A stretch of 64,000 nt of DNA, taken from NCBI GenBank assembly GCA_964019335.1, contig OZ025760.1, positions 1 through 64,000 of the forward strand, read 5' to 3'. Shown in pieces: positions 1 to 8,359 of this stretch; within the stretch, counting starts at the first letter, position 1; each line of letters opens with the position of its first letter. The position numbers and the translations under genes were made by a program. Under the pieces are notes generated by a model. The model had not been told where the DNA came from, made no database searches, and saw only the letters and a program-made list of their open reading frames with translations. The DNA is from Diplonema japonicum (taxonomy: Eukaryota; Protista; Euglenozoa: Diplonemea).

Positions 1-88
1 GGGTTTGCGGGTTTGCGGGTTTGCGGGTTTGCGGGTTTGCGGGTTTGCGGGTTTGCGGGTTTGCGGGTTTGCGGGTTTGCGGGTTTGC
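1..88. repeat. (GGGTTTGC)n octamer tandem array, 11 copies, open at the window edge; reads (GCAAACCC)n on the minus (sense) strand
   Basis: Perfect 8-nt repeat from base 1 to 88. The last base is shared with the TAG stop of the AlkB ORF. Confidence 0.97.
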
Positions 89-1200
89 TAGGGGGGTATG
101 TGGGTGAGCTCGGGGCCAACCGCACGCAGGGTGATCGACACCCTGACACCAGTGGACACCCCTGACGGGATGTGGTGTGTCCACTGGTGTCTAGCTTCGC
201 CTTCCAACAGTGCCCATGAGAAGGGGGGCACCAGGTACCTCGCTACCCTGTCCCCCTTCCTCATGACCATTGTGGTCTCAGCCCCGTACGACAAGACTAG
301 GACGACCGGTCCCAGTCTTGCGTCGTCCTTGTGGGCGGCAATCCCACAACCAGGTCTGTACTTATTCACAAGTACCTGGTTGGGGACCACCTTGAGCCCT
401 GCGGCGGCGGCCACCTCCCTCACCCACCCCTTTGCCTCCCCTGGGATGCCGGTGGTGGGGCGCACCTCGGCGTCCGTCCCCTCCCACCGGTGCCCATGCT
501 GGAGCGTCTCCCTCCCCGTGTTCCCTGACAGGGCCTCCCACTTCCCGGACAGCAGAGCTTCTGGGAAGGCGGGGGCAGCACCTGTCTTCAACCCGGGGGG
601 GTGCTCACCATCTTTCAGTATCCACCCTTCCCCCTTTTTCTTCTTTTTTTTTTCCTCTTCAACTATGGCAGGGTCGGCTGCGGAGGTCGGGCTTGCGGCA
701 GGGGCGGCTGCGGCGGTCTCAGTTGCGGCAGGAGCGGCTGCAGCGTTCAAGGCGGCAGGGGCGGCTGCGGCGGTCTCAGTTGCGGCAGGGGCGGCTGCAG
801 CGTTCAAGGCGGCAGGGGCGGCTGCGGCGATCGTGGTTGTGTCGGTCGTGGCTGCGGCAGGGGCGGCTGCGGCGTTTGGGGCGGCAGGGTCGGCTGCGGC
901 GTTCAGTGCGGCTGGGGCTGCTGCAGCAGTCGTGCTTGCGGCCGGGGCGGCCGTGGCTGTAGCAGGGGCTGCTGCTCCCTTGGTTGTGGCGGTCAAAACC
1001 GCGGTCTCTACTTGTGATTTTTTTTTTTTATTATTTTTTTTTTCTAAAGGGGGGTGGGGGGATCTAGGGGGTGGGGATTCATACTGCCCAACCAGATTGC
1101 CTGGTTGGGTGGGTCTCGGCGCCGTGCACTGCGGGCTGCGGGCTTGCTCCTGCGGGCTGCGGCTGCGGTCACCTCCTCCTGCGAGTCGTCTTGGATCCAT
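88..1200 (-). CDS. AlkB-family 2OG-Fe(II) dioxygenase with an Ala/Thr/Pro-rich repetitive N-terminal region
   Basis: C-terminal PNQVLVNKY..G.GIAAHKD...LSYG...LEGEARHQWTHHI...RVSITLR contains the HxD...H iron triad and the RxSxTxR 2OG-binding motif. The first ATG (1200) follows an A-run. A 66-bp internal duplication lies at ~690-830. Confidence 0.88.
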   Translation of the reverse strand: MDPRRLAGGGDRSRSPQEQARSPQCTAPRPTQPGNLVGQYESPPPRSPHPPLEKKNNKKKKSQVETAVLTATTKGAAAPATATAAPAASTTAAAAPAALNAAADPAAPNAAAAPAAATTDTTTIAAAAPAALNAAAAPAATETAAAAPAALNAAAAPAATETAAAAPAASPTSAADPAIVEEEKKKKKKGEGWILKDGEHPPGLKTGAAPAFPEALLSGKWEALSGNTGRETLQHGHRWEGTDAEVRPTTGIPGEAKGWVREVAAAAGLKVVPNQVLVNKYRPGCGIAAHKDDARLGPVVLVLSYGAETTMVMRKGDRVARYLVPPFSWALLEGEARHQWTHHIPSGVSTGVRVSITLRAVGPELTHIPP

Positions 1201-1372
1201 TTTTTTTTTTTTTTTTTGTTTTATAGTGTGTGTTGGGGGGGAGGGGATCCTTTCGTTGAGCGGCGGGCAGGCCGACGGGCAAAACAACCCCCCCGGACGA
1301 CGGCGACGACGGACGACGGACGCAGCGGCAAACCCAGGCAGAGGCGGCAGGCACCAGCAGAACACGAACGAC

Positions 1373-1410
1373 CAATAAAGTACAGAAACTGTAGCTTTAG
1401 AATCGTTGGT
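1373..1410 (-). other. Genomic spliced-leader exon copy (38 nt), followed by GT
   Basis: Minus strand reads ACCAACGATTCTAAAGCTACAGTTTCTGTACTTTATTG|GT. This matches the euglenozoan SL 3' consensus CAGTTTCTGTACTwTATTG and the diplonemid AACCAACGATT.. 5' end (recalled from memory). Identical to 4027-4064. Confidence 0.93.
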
Positions 1411-1455
1411 ACTGGAGCTTTAGAATCGTTGGAACTGGAGCTTTAGAATCGTTGG
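1411..1455 (-). repeat. Two tandem partial SL copies (CCAACGATTCTAAAGCTCCAGT[T]) upstream of the full SL
   Basis: 22-nt and 23-nt units corresponding to the SL 5' two-thirds; both carry the same A>C change. Confidence 0.9.
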
Positions 1456-1626
1456 CTCTATCCCATCCACGACCAGTCGCTCGAATTTCTTTTCGGCTAA
1501 CCCTTTTGGGTCATATTTCGATGGTTCAAGTGATGTTGATGATGATGATGTTACTGATGATATCGATTTTGATGATGATGAGGGGAGGGGATTGGCGCGT
1601 GAGTGGGGGTCATCGTTCACTTCATG

Positions 1627-3847
1627 TCACTTCGCGCACGCTCGGCAAACACACACCATACAATCCTGCTGGAGGCACTTTACACCTTGTCTCTTCTTCG
1701 TGAGGGCCTCCCCACAAACACTGCATCCCGCGTCCCAGTGATGGAACACATTGTTGAAAACGTGTGAGCTCCCGGTCGCTTTGCAGATTCTCCAATCGCA
1801 ATCTTCGTCCTCGTCCTCTCCCTCTGGTTCTCGTTCCATTTCCTCGTCTTCTTCTGTTGGTGGGGGTCCCAAGTCGTCGTCATCGTCCGTAAAGTCAAAA
1901 GATTGTTCTTTTCCTTGGGCTATTTTCTGTGCGAAGGTCTGTCCAAGGGGGGCCGGCCCGCTCTTAACCTGCTTCATCAGTTCCCCGATCTGTTTGGACA
2001 TCATGTCCATTTGCGTCCCCATTTTCTGGACTTCCCTCTCCAGTCGGGCGTTTTCCTGCCTTAGCCTCTCTACCTCCGCTGTAGGTTTGACCTCCGGTGT
2101 CGGTCCTCCCGCGATCTTTTTAAGGGCGCGCTCGATGGCGGTGAGCCTGTCTTCCACTGCAGAGGTTTGTTGTTTGTTCTCTGCTGTCTTTGTCCGATTG
2201 CTTTCCGTGTCTGGCGGGGTCGCTTGTGCTGGGCCGTGGTCCCCCCTGTGTCGGGCCATTCTTGAGAGCGTTCAGGAACGACTTTCCCGGTGTTGCCGCC
2301 CTGCCCCACACCTGGGTTGTCCTCGGCTTACCGTTCGGTGGTGGTCCCTCATCCTGAGCAATCCTGCAATGCAGAACGTCCCCCTGCGGTCCCGTAATAC
2401 GGAGGAATGTCGTTGGCGGTTGCGGTCCTCGTATCAGCCAGCACTTCGTGTTGCCCGCCCAGCTGCCGCGCACAGGTACACCATTCCATCCTATGGCTCG
2501 CAGGATGTGTCGCACCTGCACTTCCCCCGCCTCACGGTAGAGCCCCGAGAGTCTCCACATCGGCTCCCCGTGTTGTCCGCTCTTCCTCGTCTCCTCTCCG
2601 AGTATTCGGCTAAGCAGCGGAATCTTCCCTTCTTCTGTGGTTCTGACACCTAGTCTCCCGTCGGACTCCCTCAGGGCCAGGCCGTGTCCCTCGCCGAAGC
2701 TCAGCGCCTGTTCCAGCGTGGTCTCTTTCGGCAGCCATGCAACTGGCTGCGGCTTGCCATCCCTTGGTTTGATGAAGACCCCTTTGCTTCCGGACCCCTT
2801 TACCATGTTGGCGAGCTCGACCTTCGGCAACGTCACCAGTGCGTCTACGTGGGGGTTCGGGCTGCTCGACACCTTGGACACTGCTATGATCGACTCGAAC
2901 TTGAGGACTTCTGTCAGCCACTTCCTTGGCGACGTTGCCGCCGTCTCCCACAGTGAAGAAGGTACATATGCCTTCGGTATGATTACCGCTGCCCTGCTGT
3001 AGTGCTCCCCTAACTTTACGTCCCGTGTGTCCTCCCTTGTGACGCGTTCTATTTTTCCGGATAGTAATAGCACGAACATCCGTCTGTTGGAGTATGCCTT
3101 CCCATCTTGCAGAACGATGTCGTGCTTGTGTCTTCCTTCACCGTCCTTCTTCAGCAATAAGGCCTTGTTCCCCGTCCACTCCTGTCCTGCTGCCTCCTCC
3201 ACGCACTTTTCACTGGCCATCGCTACCCCGTCCTTGCCCTCGAGTAACTCCTCCCACGTTACGAAAGGGACGTTGTACTGGCCGCTTTCTAGCTTCCACG
3301 CCCTTTCCTCCTTCTTCGTCATCCTTGCTTTTCGCTGTGGTTTGCCGACCACCGTCCACGCCTTCTTCTGTCCATCCGCTACGGGGACCCCTACTTTTGG
3401 GGGGGTGAAGTCCGTAGCTGTCACCCCTTTCAGTGCCGACGGTGTCCTCGGCTCGATGACGCCGTAGAAGGACTTCCCGTCGAAGGCGATGTGGACCGGC
3501 TTCTGTCCCTTCTTCGGTTTCCCAGGCACCGGGTAGACGATGAAGGTGTCCCCTGAGAAGGTGGCGACGTTGATGTCCATCCGCGTGGCCCTAGCCACTG
3601 CCAGCACACAGACCAGGTCTGCGCTCGTCCCGTCCTTCGAGTGGGCGACACAGTACTCGTCGTAGTCTGTGCCTTCCTCAAGGAGCTTCGTGTACTCCTT
3701 GTCGTTGCCCCGCAGCTCCTGCACCATGAGGCGCCGCACCTCATGTCCCTTCTTTCCCGTCTTCGACCCCGCCACCGCGTACAGCCCTCCGGCTCCTCCC
3801 TCCAGCCCCAGGCCGTACCCGCGTAACCCCGCTCGCAGTCTCTCCAT
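1627..3847 (-). CDS. LINE ORF1: degenerate OTU-like domain + gag-like ORF1 domain + coiled coil + Cys/His zinc finger; split by one frameshift near 2245
   Basis: N-terminal H.VR..MV..L...Y.EY....KDG...AVA...DINV...VHIAFDG..FY follows the OTU pattern but lacks the catalytic Cys/His. ORFs 2120-3910 and 1627-2259 join by a 1-nt change at a G6 run (2241-2246), which may be a sequencing error. Confidence 0.65.
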
Positions 3848-4026
3848 ACTGCTCGTCCTCTGCTCTGCTTCCTTTTTTTTTTTTTTTTTTTTACTTCTTG
3901 TCAACTTCAATGTCTTCTTTTACCCTCTTTTAGCTCTCTTTTCTGCGATCTGCTTTCTCAACTTCTTTCAATTTTCTTTCTTTACAAACCGTATTACCTA
4001 TTGACTTTATTGGCACGGTCGGACAC

Positions 4027-4064
4027 CAATAAAGTACAGAAACTGTAGCTTTAGAATCGTTGGT
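4027..4064 (-). other. Genomic spliced-leader exon copy (38 nt), followed by GT
   Basis: Identical to 1373-1410; located only ~190 bp past the stop codon of the upstream host gene. Confidence 0.93.
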
Positions 4065-4255
4065 ATAAATAAGAAAAAGGGATCGGTAACGTTGGGGGGG
4101 GGGGGGGGGGGTTTCTCTTCTGTTCAGAAAAAAGAATGAGAGATTTCTACTTTTATTGGGCCTCATTATGATAAAACAATCGGAACAGACAGAGTCAACA
4201 GTGAATCGGCAATGTAGGATCCTAGGAGAAGTGTTGCGACCTACGAGCTTGAGAA

Positions 4256-7200
4256 TCATGAAGCAATCATGTCATCTGGAAACGCAACATCATTATCCTG
4301 CCCACCCATCTCCACTCCATCGTCACCGTACTCCTGTTGGTGTCGCGTGTAGGATCCCTCACATACCAGTAGCCCCATCTGCGACGCGAGGTTCATCGCG
4401 CTACCCTTCGACCTCACCTTCCACCACAGGCAACCAAACACAAGCACCAAGACTCCCAGCACACCAGCCACAGCCGCCAAAACCACCAGCATGACATTGC
4501 CACCACTCCCGCTGGGGGCAGGCGTAGGCACTACCGTACCGACACCTGCTGGCTCAGTGGTCACCGGTGGTACAAGGGTAGGTGCTGCCTTGTCTTCAAC
4601 TAAGGTGATAGTGAGTGTAGATGAATTACCCTCTGGCTCGAGAGCGGGCACACTTGTTGGCACCGCAGTGCTTCCAGCCGGAAGTTGGGTAGTTCCTGGT
4701 TCTAGAGTGGGCGCATTAGTAGGAACTGCACTGCTCCCTGGTACAAGGGTAGCTGGTGCTGCCGTGTCTACAACTAAAGTGATTGTGGGCGTAGATGAAT
4801 TACCCTCTGGTCCGCGAGTGGGCACACTTGTTGTTGGCACCGCAGTGGCCGGAAGTTGGGTTGCTGGTACTACAGTGTCTATTACTACGCAAGCATCTCT
4901 CTCGTTCCAGTAGCAGACCCGGTTTGCATTACACTTTGCCTCGCTAGTCGCAGTGCACTTTTCAGCACAGCCGACAGTGTCCTCCCAGCTGCATGCGGAA
5001 TCTTTCTCACAGGTAGTCTTCTTCTGGTAGGTGCAGGGTTTCTCCTCACATGTCTGACTGATGCTGTACCACACGCACCCATCAGGGTCATTAATGCAGC
5101 TCTGCTCAATGGAATGTACGCACCTTCTGCCAACGCAGCCTGTGCCATCTGTCGACAGCTTACATTCAGCATCGCTGGTGCACTCGTTAACTGAGAGAGC
5201 ACTGCACACAACGCGTGGCTTCTCTTGGCACAGGTGTTGTGAAGCGTTCCAACTGCAGCCGTCTTTTATGCATGCAACCTGGTCTGTACAGTGCTGCATG
5301 CACGGAGAGGATGCGCACAACAGCTTTGACTCGTCCCACACGCAGTTGGAGTCGGTGTTGCAGCTTTTTTTCACTGAGTAAAGTGCACACGGTTGGTGCC
5401 CGCTTGCGTTTCGCGCAATAAAAATCCCGAACTTCGTGTTTGGACTGCAAATACCGTCGAGTAGGTTCGGCAGTGTGCCGAGTTGAATGTTTTCGGAATG
5501 ATCGTCTATCGGGGTAGACACGACGGGCTTCAAAGCATCTAATGCTTCGGTGTCAACATCCGTGCTTGTACTGGTCCTCCTGATAACTATTCCGAACACC
5601 TTCACCTGTACCTGCGAAAGTCTACCAAGCGCGACTCCTAAAGGAACAGAGTTCCCATCAACGATGCTCCCGTCTGCAACGATGACAAGCACCCTCTGCC
5701 TTCCGTCAGCAGGCGATGCCTTGAACATCTCCACGGCCAACTCAAGCCCCTTCTCAAGAAAGGTCCCACCACCGTAGAAGTTGTCCTCCTGCCAGTCGAT
5801 GTCAGAGCTCAGCTCTTGAAGGCTACCAGTAAGACTTCCTGAAGAACCGACACCAGCAGGAGTGACCAGAGCACCTGCCGCGTTACCCACACTTGAGAAC
5901 TGCACGACCCCCACACGCACTTTCTCAGTGCCGCTCCTCGAGGATTTCCCAACACTCCCAATCTCTCCGCTCAAAGGAAGGCCAGCCACCCAACTTCTAA
6001 TCATCTCCATCACAGCCTCAAAGCCGTTCGGGTGGCGTCCGAATTGCATCGTCATCGACAGTGAACCGTCAACAAGGAGTACGAGGTCCAGTGTTGGGCA
6101 CAACCCGTACTCTTGAGCTGTGCAGAAGCCCTTGCTGTTCCAGAAGCAGTCTCCATCTCTTCCGCAGCTGCACATATCGAGCATACTGCACTCTTTCTTG
6201 ACGCACTTGTTATTTTCATACACGCACGAGAAGAAGCTGTCGCATTTCAGTTTGTCACTGTTCATCGTCGCACACTGCGTCATGGCGCACTGCCCGGGAC
6301 TTATCGAAATGTCCCAGTGGCAATCCGAGTCTTTGTAACAAGAAGCTTCAGAGGACTGGGTACACGGCTTCAGAACGCATTCGCTCCCCTCCCAATCGCA
6401 TTGTAAATCACTTTCACACGTTGCCTGGTCACCGTGGGAGCACAGCACCCAACAGGAAGGGCTTTCAGTACCGTTCACCTTCTTCCATTGACAGCTATTC
6501 ACTGTGTCCGCAACGCAGCTGGACTCTTCGCAGTGAGCCATGCAAGAAGAATCCTCGCACACCAAGGCCACGCTGCTCCATATGCAGCCTGGGTCGCTAG
6601 TGCATCCTGTCCGGAGGAGGTGCTGCGAGCACGGCTCATGCATCCCATCCTGGAAAGCAGGTATGAGGAGCTGGCCCCACATGTTCGGGTCGCAGATCCC
6701 GTTTAGGACCTTATCAGGCATCTCGTCGATTGGTATATTTATGAAGTGCTCGTCGTGCGGGTCGGAGGTGATCGGCTTCAGGATAAGTTCGGCATCGTCG
6801 TCGAGTTTGGTGCGTGCTGTTGTTCTCCTCAACACCACACCGAAGATCCTCACACCCTCAGCCAAGAGCACCGCCCTTTGTGGCACAGAGGAAGCATCGT
6901 CATTGATGGGGCCGTCTGTCACGATGATGAGCACCTTCTGCCTCGGGGGGGAGTTCTGGAACATGGCACCAGCCCAGTTAAGACCAGTGCTGATCGTGGT
7001 GAGCCCCTGCATGAAATTCGCCTCGTGCCAGTCAATGTCGTCCTGCAGTTCAGTGAGGTCACCGGTCAGGCTGCCCGAGGAGCCCACGCCGACTGGGGTT
7101 CTCACCGCCTCTGGGACTGGACCAGAGAACTGGATGATGCCCATTCTGAGCCCGCCGCTTGAAGCAGTCGAAGCCCTGCCGACTGTGTGGTCTTCGCCCG

Positions 7201-8239
7201 TAAGGGGAAGGGTGCTTACCCAATTCCTCATCATCTCCATTAGGGCGTAGAAACCGTTCGGGTGACGCCCGAAGGACAGCCCCATCGAGCCAGAACCGTC
7301 AAGAAGCATCACCAGGTCTAGCACGGGGCACTGCTCGTACTTCCTCCCCACGCACCTCGGGACGGAGGGGCGCACGTCCCAGTGACACCTGTCGTCTGCA
7401 CGGCACTTGCAACTGTCGAACTGGCTGCATTCCTTCTTCACACACTTCGTCTGAGTCGCATTCCACATGCACTCATCCTCAGCGTTGCAATCAACGATAT
7501 CCTTCACCCTGCAGCGCTCCTCCTTGCACATGACATCTGGCGTGCTCACGTCATATTGGCAGCCGGGATTCTTCAAGCATTCCTTCTCATTGGGGTACAA
7601 CACACAAGGAGCAATGACGCAGGTCGTACCACCAGCCAAGAAGCAGAACGGGTCGGCTTCGCACATAGCTCCTCCGATGTAGTCGCACTTCTTAGTCCCA
7701 CACATGCCACGCACAAGGTCTACAGTACCACCGCAAGCAGTCGTCGCAGCAGCCACGTCCAAAGTGGTCCCGAAGTTCCATGTGAGGCTCCTCTTGCCGT
7801 TGTCGTTCGACTTAGTAGTAAACTCGATGCTGTCCATAACCTCAGCAAACTTGTCGCTTGTCAACCCAGACACCGCCAGAGAACCACCCTGTACGTCCAC
7901 GGTAACACCCGCAGCACTGCAAGCACCGCAAGTAAGGGAATCTTTTCCACGCACGTATCCGTCGCCGATGCGGACGAAAAAAGAATCTAGCGAAGCACAC
8001 GCGCAGCTGGGGTTACACTTGGTCCCAGGGAACGGCTTAACAGGCACCAGCACCTCGTAGGTGGCAGAAGCGCTAGAAATGTCCGAGTAGACAAGCCACT
8101 CGCAGCCAGTGTCCATTGTACAATTCACTTCCGTGGTGTGCTGGCAAGGGACGGGCGTGCAAAGAGCTATGGGAACACACAAGGCTGCCAGCGCTAGCAC
8201 TGCCACCACGCGGTGCATCTTTAGCGCAGGTCTTTTCAT
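4256..8239 (-). CDS. Type I membrane protein with two vWA domains, Cys-rich repeats and a mucin-like stalk
   Basis: Signal peptide; two LDLVxLxDGSxS MIDAS motifs; many CxW/CxxD repeats; duplicated Thr/Pro stalk (~4570-4870); C-terminal TM segment. Confidence 0.9.
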   Translation of the reverse strand: MKRPALKMHRVVAVLALAALCVPIALCTPVPCQHTTEVNCTMDTGCEWLVYSDISSASATYEVLVPVKPFPGTKCNPSCACASLDSFFVRIGDGYVRGKDSLTCGACSAAGVTVDVQGGSLAVSGLTSDKFAEVMDSIEFTTKSNDNGKRSLTWNFGTTLDVAAATTACGGTVDLVRGMCGTKKCDYIGGAMCEADPFCFLAGGTTCVIAPCVLYPNEKECLKNPGCQYDVSTPDVMCKEERCRVKDIVDCNAEDECMWNATQTKCVKKECSQFDSCKCRADDRCHWDVRPSVPRCVGRKYEQCPVLDLVMLLDGSGSMGLSFGRHPNGFYALMEMMRNWVSTLPLTGEDHTVGRASTASSGGLRMGIIQFSGPVPEAVRTPVGVGSSGSLTGDLTELQDDIDWHEANFMQGLTTISTGLNWAGAMFQNSPPRQKVLIIVTDGPINDDASSVPQRAVLLAEGVRIFGVVLRRTTARTKLDDDAELILKPITSDPHDEHFINIPIDEMPDKVLNGICDPNMWGQLLIPAFQDGMHEPCSQHLLRTGCTSDPGCIWSSVALVCEDSSCMAHCEESSCVADTVNSCQWKKVNGTESPSCWVLCSHGDQATCESDLQCDWEGSECVLKPCTQSSEASCYKDSDCHWDISISPGQCAMTQCATMNSDKLKCDSFFSCVYENNKCVKKECSMLDMCSCGRDGDCFWNSKGFCTAQEYGLCPTLDLVLLVDGSLSMTMQFGRHPNGFEAVMEMIRSWVAGLPLSGEIGSVGKSSRSGTEKVRVGVVQFSSVGNAAGALVTPAGVGSSGSLTGSLQELSSDIDWQEDNFYGGGTFLEKGLELAVEMFKASPADGRQRVLVIVADGSIVDGNSVPLGVALGRLSQVQVKVFGIVIRRTSTSTDVDTEALDALKPVVSTPIDDHSENIQLGTLPNLLDGICSPNTKFGIFIARNASGHQPCALYSVKKSCNTDSNCVWDESKLLCASSPCMQHCTDQVACIKDGCSWNASQHLCQEKPRVVCSALSVNECTSDAECKLSTDGTGCVGRRCVHSIEQSCINDPDGCVWYSISQTCEEKPCTYQKKTTCEKDSACSWEDTVGCAEKCTATSEAKCNANRVCYWNERDACVVIDTVVPATQLPATAVPTTSVPTRGPEGNSSTPTITLVVDTAAPATLVPGSSAVPTNAPTLEPGTTQLPAGSTAVPTSVPALEPEGNSSTLTITLVEDKAAPTLVPPVTTEPAGVGTVVPTPAPSGSGGNVMLVVLAAVAGVLGVLVLVFGCLWWKVRSKGSAMNLASQMGLLVCEGSYTRHQQEYGDDGVEMGGQDNDVAFPDDMIAS

Positions 8240-8359
8240 GGCTTCTTCTATGATACAGGTGCTTCAAGAAAACTATGAAGAATAATAACGAGTGGGTTAG
8301 GTGGCAAAAATAAAGGGGGGGGGTTGAATTGGAAGATTCAAAACTTTAAAACCATCCTG

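Larger units (their letters stand above)
1..1455 (-). mobile_element. Non-autonomous retroposed unit: partial SL x2 + SL exon - 5'UTR - AlkB ORF - (GCAAACCC)n tail
   Basis: SL at the 5' end, tandem-repeat tail directly after the stop codon, no RT, and it interrupts the reading frame of the neighbouring LINE. Confidence 0.6.
1452..4064 (-). mobile_element. 5' part of a non-LTR retrotransposon: SL, 5'UTR, ORF1 and the start of ORF2 up to a 2A-like motif
   Basis: ORF1 resembles ORF1 of the intact LINE at 46862-48793 (SG.kG.fIk.../.L.G.....IGW...PP blocks). The downstream frame ends FERLVVDGIEP at the junction. Confidence 0.7.

Noticed and set aside
1-88. Canonical telomere at the contig start
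   Set aside because: A left telomere should show the C-rich strand on +. Here the G-rich strand points inward and the array is fused to a stop codon; the unit is also not TTAGGG.
1006-1084. Intron in the AlkB gene (GTATGA...A-rich...AG)
   Set aside because: None of the three nearby AGs preserves the frame from the only upstream ATG, and the ORF is open without splicing.
98-1378. Long + strand ORFs (e.g. 98-1378, 1751-2653, 46922-47896)
   Set aside because: They are antisense shadows of GC-rich minus-strand genes and have no recognisable motifs.
1411-1455. CRISPR-like repeat
   Set aside because: The repeats are contiguous SL fragments with no spacers, in a eukaryotic context.
2241-2246. Programmed frameshift in LINE ORF1
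   Set aside because: A G6 run in a homopolymer-error-prone assembly is more simply explained as an indel; it needs a read check.
1373-4064. SL RNA gene array, or SLACS/CRE-type insertion into SL genes
   Set aside because: The two SL copies share only GT downstream and have no common intron, Sm site, T-tract or upstream promoter. The 4064 copy sits ~190 bp from a protein gene, and ORF1 resembles that of an APE-type LINE.
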